A DNA stretch of 64,000 nucleotides, from positions 6,944,001 through 7,008,000 of the forward strand of contig CP075493.1 in assembly GCA_021613535.1 (NCBI GenBank). The letters are read 5' to 3'. Shown piece by piece: positions 28,649 to 39,799 of this stretch; position 1 is the stretch's first letter; the number at the start of each line of letters is the position of its first letter. A model generated the notes under the pieces. It ran no database searches. It saw nothing but the letters and a program-made list of their open reading frames with translations, and had not been told where the DNA came from. The position numbers and the translations under genes are program-made. This DNA is from Adineta vaga. Taxonomy: Eukaryota > Animalia > Rotifera.

Positions 28649-29807
28649 TGATTTGTGTTTAATGGATAATTGTCTTATGTTCGATTTGTTTCTCGTTTAA
28701 TTGAATACGAATATGTATGTATGTATATAAAATCTACAACACCAATGAAAAGAGTGATGAGTGAAGTTGTTCTTGTTATTTCATGATTGGTTGAATGTAG
28801 GAAAAGAAAAAGAAAAGAAAAAGTCATACTTCTCTTTTTACATCGTCTTAATGCGATTGTACGTAATATCAAATCAGCAAGTAACAACTATATGATGTGA
28901 TCGAGTCATTTAACAACTCATATATCATAGCAGAAATAATCGATGTTTGACGGTCTATCGTTCTCTACATAGAAAATATTCTAATTACTAATTATTTTTT
29001 TATACAAATGAAAAAAATATTAAATATGATTTTCTCTCTTTCTCTCTCTTTTTTGCTATTGATATCTATCATTTAATTAGATAACAACCTACTTTATTGA
29101 ATTAGACATTCCAAGTCTTTTCGTTTCTTTTTAATTAACTTAGTTGCAAACTTGATTTTTTTTGTCTTGATAAACGAGTTGATACATTACAACTGTCACA
29201 TAGTTTACTGTCTTTCAAACATATACACACATAAGCAATCAAGCATACCACCACCTATTTATTGCGTATACGACACGTACACATTCATAGATATATACAT
29301 ATGCATATCGATTACCTGATAATGTTGAGGCTCACACAACTCACCTTTCATGGGCAAAGCTTATTAAATAAATGATGATACGCTTTTTTTGCTATGCTAT
29401 CTAATTAATGTATAAAGAAAATGATCGAGTTATACAACGTGGTGAGATGGTTCGTTATATGCTTGTCAATAATGAAAGACGATGGATTCACGCTAATTAT
29501 AGGTTAATATCTTTGCATTAAAATGAAAGACCAATTTATTTATGTTTATCAGTAATATCAATCTTCTTCTTTTTAATTCATCTAATGACTGTAAACGAAA
29601 AAGAAAATGAAAACGATACTGGGGATAATTAATCAAATGAAATTAAAGGTTATTTCGTATGATTAATATATCGTATCATAATGTTTACATTATTTACGTA
29701 TATTTTATTTTTTTTGACATCTTTCGAGATTATTATATATAACGACAATAATGATTGGAAAACAAACAAAGATACAAAGACAATATGAATGTAAATTTAA
29801 GTTCAAT

Positions 29808-32800
29808 TTATTCAGGATGTTCAAATAAATGTGGAATACTTCCATTTGATGATCGTACACGAGAAAATCGTCGTGCAACATTGAGTGTTTGACGAATTTT
29901 TTGTGCTTTGATAAACTTTTCATGTTTACCACCACGTGTAGTATCATCACCTTCAATTTCAGTACGAATTTCCATTTTTTGAACAATTAATCGAACTAAA
30001 TCCGTAATTTTTTCCAGTTGACGTTGCATATCTTTTTGTCTAAAATGAATTAAGTAAAACAAATCCAATCTTGAAGAAATAAATCTTTTCTTCTTACCTT
30101 CGTTTTTGTTTATAAAGTTCAACAAATAATGCACTTTCATTACCACAATCTTCTTTTGTTTCTAAAACATCAGTCATATTCAAAGGTTTGGATATCCACT
30201 AAAATAAAGATAAGTTTTTCAATCTTTTTTTTTGATTTTTCGTATATTTTAATTTACTTGTTTGAATACACTCGAAGCACTATTACAGATACCTCGATTT
30301 AAATAAACAACAAATTCATTCTTTGTCCAATGTTGAACTAATTTATGAGGTAGTTTCTTTTCAACATTACTATGAATTTGAACCTAAAAGTAAAGGAGAG
30401 TGTTACGAATTCTTCTCATAGGAAGTCATTTTTCTTTTTAACAAACTTGAGTAGCAAGACGTTTTAATCGAGCATTTTGTTGGATTTGCATTAGATCACC
30501 AATGGCTAAACCAACAAGTAAATTCATCAGAAGAATTGGCATAATAATAGCGAATAGAAGTAAAATGATAAGATTAATCGTATTAAAATGTTGATCATGA
30601 GTATTTTCGAAATACGAACGTTCATAATCAAGTTCACCTAACATCATAGTTATAGTTTTTAGAAATATCATGAATAGATGTTGTGGATTGGATGGATCAA
30701 GATCCTAAATATATGTAAATTACTTTCTTAGAAACAAAATCAAGTTAAATTACCAGTGAGAATGGCCTGACAACACAAAATGTTAATGTAAATCCAAAAA
30801 TTAAAATTGAAAATAAGGATAAAACATGTAATAATGTTTTCATAATTTCTAAAAACATAATAACATAAATTCCATAAATATCAAATCGACCAAGTAAAAA
30901 CAGAAGTGCCAAATAAGCTGTAAAGATACTAATTGAACCGGCTACCCATTGAAAATGCCATGATTGATCGAATAAAAATGGTATCATAAAAATACTTGTA
31001 GTAACATATAATATCCATTGAATATAATTTTCAATATCATGAAAATATTCTCGACCATCTTGAATTAATTGAACAATTTCGAGAAAGAAATTAAAGAAAC
31101 AATATATAATAATATACCAAATACTGATTACGTGTGAAATTGTTGCCGTCTTTTTAAATGAAGTAAATTGTGCATTTAAACAGAAATGTTTCGAATGATC
31201 TGTATCGGATGAATCATGATGATTACAAGCAGGAAATGTGATAATAAAGTAAGAGAGAAGTCCAAGAAACAGAAGATAGAAACTTAAGTTTAACATATAA
31301 ATTGGAAAACCATACGAAAGCCATTTTTGACGAAGTAATGTTTCACATAAGGGATGACTTAAATGATTCGTACGACCGAATTTAACCATCATCTTTTTCA
31401 AAAAAAAGATCAAATTCTTCTTTATTTTTCAAAGCAATTTCTTCTACTTACATTCAATGGTAACATTGGATATCGATATTCTTTTCCGTCGATTTTTTTC
31501 GTATCCATCCAATTGATATAATGAAAGTCATAGACAAGCTAGAATTGAAAGAAAATGATTTGTTATGTATCAAAAATAATGAAAAGAATCTACATGAAAA
31601 TCTTTATTCTTTCGATCATCATGACTATGTGTTATACATCGATCGAATAGAATAGGTACACATTCTGGTAAATGTTCAATTAAACCAAGTAGTGGTGTTT
31701 GATATTTGAAACTTTGTAAATCTAATGCTTCTTTCCATCTAAATATTCAAACAGAAGCAAAATTATTAAATAGAAAAGAAAAAACAAAGTTCGATTACCG
31801 ATCATGAGCAATAATTGTTAAACATATATCTTTTTGTTTTTTTATTATTGCAAGATCAAAAAATGTTTCACCATCAATATTGGTTAAAAATTGTGCAGAT
31901 TTTGTCATAAGTAATTCAACACCATCGACATAACCAGCGGCAGCAGCTAAATGTAATGGTGTCATTCCTAAACGATTGACTGAATTAATCAAATGAGCAT
32001 GTGCTTGTAGGATAGTATTCATTGTTGAAACATGTCCATGAGAAGCTGCTTCATGTAATGGAGAATTTCCTTCATAACTTTTTGTAAATTGTGCTCCTTT
32101 ATGTAACAATAATTGAACAACACGTGTATGTCCATTCTGGCAACATAAATGTAATGGAGTGTGACCTGATTGATCAGGTTCATTAAGAATACGTTTAAAA
32201 CCAGGAGTATCTAATAATTGGCGACATGTATTATATCGACCGTATCTAGAAACAAATGAATAAGATGATTCTTTTTGTTTTTTCGAATATGATCACTTAC
32301 TCAGCAGCAAAATGTAATGATGATTGTCTTTGATTTGTTTTTTTATTTATTTCTGCACCATGTTGTATCAATGTTGTTAACACATTGACTTGTCCTTCTC
32401 GTGATGCATAATGTATTGGATAGAATCCATCCGTATCACGTTGATCGAATAATAAACGAAAATTTTCACGAGTAAATAAGATATTTCCAATAGTGTCAAT
32501 CGGTAGATTTTGTATGATAGTAAAATGTAATAGATTTCGATCAGCATCATCTCGATAAGTTAACGAAGCATTTTGTTTTAAAAGAAAACAAACAGCTTGT
32601 ACAGATGATTTCAAAGCAGCAACTAAAACTGGTGTTCGTTTGGATGTGTCTCGTGCATCAATATCAGCTCCCTATGTTTAACAAAAACATCATGAATTAA
32701 TTCTACTCATAGAAACTCTTACCACTTCGAGTAAATATTCAATGACATCAACATGATCACCCATTGCTGCCCTTAAATAAGCATAGTTTCAATTTAAAAA

Positions 32801-34643
32801 ACGAAAAATGAGAAGAGAAAAAAGTCAACTTTACTTATGTAATGGTGTCATGCCTTCTACATCCGTCATACGTAGGACTTTTCCTTTCAATTCAGATTGA
32901 GCATTGAACATCAGTTTAAGAATTTCAATCGAACCTTGAGATGATGCTAGATGCACTGGTGTTGATAGATCGTCTTGTTGATCATCAATTCGTCCTCCAC
33001 TACGCAAACAAATCTCTACTGCTTCAATATTTCCTCCTATATTTTTACAGAAAAAAATCAATCATCATTATCATCTAGAGAACAAAATTAAACCTACCAA
33101 TAACAGATGAATGTAACGGTCGATGATTTTCTGCGTCACAAAAATTCAATAAATTTTCAGTTTCATATCCCAAGGATTTCGCTAAAAATAATGATAATAT
33201 TCAACAAAAATATGTTTCAGAAAAATATTACCTATTTCAAATAAATGATGAAATACACGATTACTACTATTTAATGCAGCTACATGAATAGCATAAGTTC
33301 CAACATCACATTTTTGACAAAGACGAGCATTATTGTCAGTCTAAAGAAGTCCATTTTTAATAATAGAACGGATGACTTTTTTTGAAACTACATACAAGGA
33401 TTTTTGCGGCATCAACATTGTCAATAAGAGCAGCATAATGTAATGGGGCTTTACCCCTTTCACCGCCAAGATTAGCTTGCTCCGGTCGTTTGGATAATAG
33501 GAACTAAATGGAGAAAAATAATTTCAATTAGAATACAAGAAATACATAATTCATTGTATTATCAAGTTCTTTCAGTAAAATAGTTTTTATATCTATATGA
33601 TTTCGTGGAAACAAAGTATGTCAATGAATGAGCTCACCAAGGTCATAATTTCTAACATGATTCATAAATAATAATTATTGTCAGTGTCAAAAACATCGTG
33701 TCAATTCTGACAACAACGTCATTCAATATCTTCAAGGTGAAAAAAGACAATGCACTTCATCTGAATCTTGTTGATTCAATTATCTTGTCTATTATTATCT
33801 AGTATTAAAAGGGTGATTCATCTACAAAATTCAAACATACTTGAAGAGCTTTCAATTGATTATGTATAACAGCCAGATGAACTGGTGCTTCATATTGTTT
33901 TGTTAATCGACTATCATCAGCGCCATTATCCAAAAGAAACTCAATGGCTTTCAATGCATTATTCCGTACAGCATGATGTAACGGTGTCCAACCAAGTTTA
34001 TCTTCAATATTCAAATCTACAAATAATCTCATTACAAGTACATATCTCTTATGCATGTCAATGTTCTCCAAACCTCCATTGTATTGTGCAATTAATGCCA
34101 ATATAGCAACACGATCTCGAGCAGCAGCAGTATGAGCGGCAAAGAGACCTGCTGGATTTGCAACTTTTAGTTTATTTGGATCATTACGAATGATTCTTTC
34201 GAACTCATCAACATTTCCACTGCCAGCAATCTAAAATAATCAAAATTTTTCAACTAATAAATATTTATTGATGAATTCAACATACTCGAACAATATAATG
34301 TGGACTTTCGGAAAATAAACATAAGTCTTCACTGTGTGAACGAGTAGAAATATTGACTAATGTTTCTGTAGTTTCGTTTGGTATAATTAATGTTTTAGAT
34401 AAAGTACTCATTTCTTTTTCTCCTTGTAAAGTATTAGTTTTTCGTGATCGACCAAATATGTCACGAAATATTTTGGAATAATCAGAACGGGATGTTTGAT
34501 GATCACTTGATAAAGATGTATTCATTCTATGCAAAATATCAACGAAAACTATTATGAAAATTTTTCCTTATTTTGTAAACTTACCTTGATATGGGTGTAG
34601 AGTTTTGTGAAGTCGTAGTTGAAAACAGCGAATGTGTAATCAT
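29808..34643 (-). CDS. TRPA1: TRPA1 ankyrin-repeat cation channel, multi-exon
   Basis: Many TPLH ankyrin repeats; LSHPLCETLLRQKW, GIYVIMFLEIMKTLL, KTITMMLGELDY, MPILLMNLLVGLAIGD...NARLKRLATQV, RLIVQKMEIRTE. Start at 34643 inferred from an in-frame upstream exon. Confidence 0.95.
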
Positions 34644-36756
34644 ACCTGTTGATGAAAACGGAGAAGTTTTAGAAATGACATTATCAAAACTTCTTTTTCT
34701 ACTTATTAATATATCTATTTCTCATCAGTATGACTATGCAAAAAAAAACAGAAGAAAAATAAATTAGTTTGATTTTGTTAATGACATGACAAAAGAATGT
34801 TGTAGAACACATACAAATTTATAATGGAGTAATAGTTGAAGTATGTTGTTGACTGGAAATGTTTTGTAATGACGAGAAAGGATATATAAAAGTTTTATTA
34901 ATGTCAAATTAGCTGTAGTAAATATAAATATAAAGTTATTTCCGGTATTAAACTGGCCTTAATTGAACTGAGGAATGTAGAGAAATATTTTGAGATAACG
35001 GAAAGAATGTTTTTCTTTACTCTGAATAGCGTTTGTTAAATATGAAAATATCATTATTATTCATAGTTATTAGAAGGCATTGTCAATAAATCAGAATCGA
35101 CTACGACACGTAATAGATATCAAAGAAAAATCATCGATATTTCTAGTCTTAAGAACTAGTAAGAAATACGTTTTCTTTTCGATTGTGAATATCTCACAAC
35201 TACTCGATGTGATACAATTGATATCGAAGCCATTACTTACTGCTATGTTTTTATCAATACGATTTCCTGCTGTCTATAGTTTTTTTTTTCAAAATGTACG
35301 AAGTGTGAAGAGAAACCTTTGTCTATTTATGTAAGAAGAAAAAATGACGCATTCCTTAGTTTCACACAACACAAAATCTGTCACAAAAAGAAAATATGTT
35401 TCTGACACTTTCAAAATCAAATTCTATTTTAGTTCAATGGTAATAGGTTCACAAGCTTGATTATCATACAATTCTGAATAGTGACTTTTTACTTCTTATT
35501 CAATACTTTGATGATTACGAAACAAACTATAGTAGTTATTAGTTATTATCAAAATGCTAATAGGAATAAATATCCTCATCAATAAAAGCAATAACTTTCT
35601 CGAAAATATTTAATTCAATGTAAACTTACGCGATGATTATTCCGCAACAACAATGAAGATTTCCGGAAGATTTGCATCATATTTGCATTGAAGTCATATT
35701 GAGTGAAGTATCACATCAGTGAAATCTACAATAGAATTGCTATTTTTCTGTCATTATTATTTATGATCGATAGAGATGATAAGAGCAAATATAATAAGAA
35801 AATTCCATTGTTGTTTGTATTTAGAGAAAATATTGTTTCTCAATTTGATATAATATTCATGTCAAATAGACATCTGTTTTACCTGTGTCATACTGTCGAA
35901 AACTTTCTTACACTATTATTATGTTATTTGATGTTTGATGAATAGTGTAGAAAACAGGACTGCATTATTTTCAATAGAAAGAGAGAGAAAAAAACTAATT
36001 GACAAGCTCTATCGATTTATGATCAAGATATAGTATTATTTATTAGTAAGTCAAAACCATGTCGCTTGCTTCAATTAACATTATTTCCAGATGTTTTACT
36101 ACATCATCATTTTCATACTCAAAGCTAAATCGACATCTAACAAATCTTCATTTTTCCGTACTTTTATTCTGAATATATATATATATAGAACTAAATAATG
36201 ATATCTATATTTTTGTTCTTTTCATACAAATACAATAAATGTTAAACTTCATAGGTCGAATAGTCTGCAAAGGTGCATTCGTAGTACAGTGAAAAAAACG
36301 TTATGTACATCGAATTTCATAATGAAATATCCTAGTTATTCTGTGAATGTCAATTCTGACAGACTAATGTACATATAACAAATCATTTTTTATTTTTTTA
36401 ATGACGTCAATTATCCACTAAATTCGACGTAAATATCAAATGTGCATTTACACAAACAATGTACTATTTACATTATGACTATATGTTTTTTTACTAAAAT
36501 CACTCAATATATGTGTATCATGAGTAGAATAAAGAACACCATCTATCGAAGAATAACTATTACCTTGATAAGGATTGGCCAATTGGTAATTAAATCTTCA
36601 ATGAAACATCAAGAGTCTTTTAAAAGTTGAGTTAACTGTAATAAACGCGATGTAATATAATATCAAATATTCAACATACTTGTTCATATTATCAATAATT
36701 TGAGATCAGAAAATAGATTATGTTTCCAAAATCGATGATAACCTAATTATTGACCA

Positions 36757-38429
36757 ATGTCGAAAGATAGATTAAAAGACTTGCAAAAAACTGTAAGTTA
36801 TCACAAATAGAAAAACTCAGTTCTTTTCAATCAATTTCATATTATATTTTTCTTTTTATTTGAAGAGTCCATGGTCACGTGTAACCTATCGAAGATTATC
36901 ACGACAAGTATAAATATCTTTAATTATCCACAAAAAAAGGAATTGCTTAGAATTTAGATAGAAGAATAAACTAAACTACTAAATCAGAGGGCGAGTTATA
37001 TAATGTTGTGTTGCTATTGTTGTTTTGTTTTGTTTTGTTTTGTTTTGTTTTGTTATTGAGCATGTTTAACTTTAGTTACATTTGATTTGAAAATAATATC
37101 AATCATTATTTTTCTTTTTTAATAATAGCTTCGAACTTCTGACTTACCAAATGCTACCAACGATGGTGGTGGTCAATTCATTTCCATTGAAATGGAGAAG
37201 GAAGGCAATGTAGCGGAATTTTTAGCTCAGGTAAACATGATATTGTTACTTTCGTTTGCCATATATATATATATATAGAGCGATTGAAATTATCATTTAG
37301 ATTGATTTAATTCGTTTACTTATCGATAAAATCGAAGAAGATGCTGGAGAAATCTGTCAAATCCATAAAAAAATACTTGAACCTTTGCCCGATCCAAGTA
37401 AAAATATCATTCGAAAACGAAAAAGACAATATTATTATATTCATTTTTTGTAGAACTTTCAGAAAATCTGGATAATAAAACAGCTGATATAAAAAAATTA
37501 GCATATGATGTTCAAACAAAACTTAAAAGTATCCAGATCTCGATCTTTTATTGAAATTTGATTAAAAGATGATTCTTAACTGTTTAGAACTGGAGCAAAT
37601 ACAAATCGATCAAACTGATGCCGATAAAGCAAGTGCTGTGTGGCGTATTAAAGAAACGCAGATATTTAATCTTACGTACCGTTTTCGTCAAGTTATGCAA
37701 AAACATAATCAAGAGTTCGTTTCACACCGGGAACGATGTAAAAAAGTTATTAGCAGTGAACTTGAAATAAGTATGTAACGATCGATTATTGAAAATTGAA
37801 ATCATTTCACTTTTTCAATAGCTGGTATTCGAAGAACTGATGAAGAATTAGAAGAAATGATTGAAAACGGATTTCCAGGAACATACAATTTCTCTGTAAA
37901 TTTTATCTATTTATTTTTCTCTCTACATTCGCACTTTTTCTTCTCATGTAGATTATGATAGATGTTGAGAAAGCTAAACAATCCCTCAACGAAATTGAAG
38001 CTCGTCATCGTGACATAACGAAACTTGAAACTTCATTAAAAGAATTACATGCGATGTTTCTTGATTTAGCTGTGCTCGTAGCAACTCAGGTATTCATCAA
38101 TTGTCTTTCAACATATCGATTGATAAAATCATTTCATTTGTTCATATGAAAAAAGGGTGAAATGATTGATAATATTGAACATAATGTTTCAAAAGCTGTC
38201 GACTTTGTGGGACTTGCAGCTGAACAGGTCTATAGCGCAAAAGAATCGCATGAATCAGCTGTAAAAGTAAAGAAAAATTATGATTGATGAAAACACATTT
38301 CTATCTTCTTTTTTTTTGTCGAAATAGAAAAGGCTCGTTGTATACATCATTATAATTGCAATTGTTTGTATTCTTATTCTGATCCTCGCTGCCTATTTTA
38401 CAACTCAAAAGAAATTATTAGGAAGATAA
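36757..38429 (+). CDS. Plasma-membrane (Qa) syntaxin paralog, divergent, ~10 exons
   Basis: [10 protein letters not shown]-peptide, Habc helices, [78 protein letters not shown]. Confidence 0.9.
37017..37054. repeat. (TTTTG)n microsatellite in a syntaxin intron
   Basis: About six tandem TTTTG units read directly. Confidence 0.9.
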
Positions 38430-39799
38430 AAATATCATGATAGATATTTTTCATTCAATGACGTATTGATTTTTTTTTAATTTGTCGCTAAAAATATTAT
38501 CGTTGTATTTTTATTCAGTTTTGTCTTTTCAATAAATCAAGTTTTTTTTTGCTTTTTTTCCTCGAACTAGATCTATTTAGATTCTCAAATTTGAATGTGT
38601 CAAGCATAACAGGTAAGGGAAAGATTAGCTTTCAAACTATGACTATCGCTGTAAAATTCATGTTTCTCTCTTACATAATTTTAAAAAATTAATTTCTTTG
38701 AAGATTTTATTTGATTATGAGATTAAATCTAAATGTACATTTCCGTAGTTGAATTATTAAATTCTATACAAATTTCAATGTCATACATTTATGTCAGCTT
38801 AAAGTAGGTTTTCAATAGATTAGTTAATGAAACTAAAGCTCTTTGAAAGAAACATTTCTTCTTGTTCATTCTTGTTGAAATAATCAAGCTTATCATATCG
38901 TAGACATTTATGAACAAAAGCTGTGCATGACTTTTTAATGTTTTCAGAATTACTAAGATGAAGAACACTGTGTATTGTTCGCTTTTGTTTTTCAAAAAAA
39001 GTCTAAAGCAGATTAATTTTCCATAAAGAAAATTCTAATCAAGTTGTACTTCTATTTATCTTCGAAATAGCAGCGAGCTGAATGATGAAGACTATCCGAA
39101 GTTCAATTACTTTATCTACCAATAACAACAACTTCAAAAGAATTTTCTTTCGTAAAACTGTTTAAACTCATTGACATCAGGTATATATATATATGATCGT
39201 ATTTATGCATGGTTGAATATTTTTAATGATACTAAGCTAAATTTAGAAGAGTCTCATCATTTATAATACGGTGATGAGTAAAAAATACAGTGCAATTACT
39301 GTTATCATAAAATGTGATCCTTTGGTTTTATTTCTTTTCTGATCTTGATTGAAAGAATCGATTTATTTATGATGTCTTTAATATAATAAGTACATTATTT
39401 CACCCACGTATATTCAATGGCAACGAATTCATGTCATGACTCATAGATCGTTTCTGATTGGTCGAAAGATTTTATTAACAGTGCACAAATGATTTGTTTA
39501 TGTATGCATTGAAGAAAAGAAAAAACTGATGCTGTCTTCAATGGCATCTTATTACGAGTAATCTTGCTATACTGTGATTTTTCGCTTTACATCAAATAAT
39601 GATTCATCGATGTTTCTTTTTCTGTATAAAATGAATTGAGTGGAAGAGATTTTTGTCGTCAAATGTTTTGATTCAATTTTTCAATGAAAATAGTGTCACC
39701 TATTGAATTTTGTTATTGTTGTTGTTGTTGTTTTTTTGGTTTCTTTTTTAGATTTTCAAACAAATGTCTAATAGTTTGAATCAATAATATTCCTATTCC

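Noticed and set aside
39764-39787. Upstream ATG as an N-terminal extension of syntaxin-1
   Set aside because: It meets TAA after 7 codons, so it is at most a uORF.
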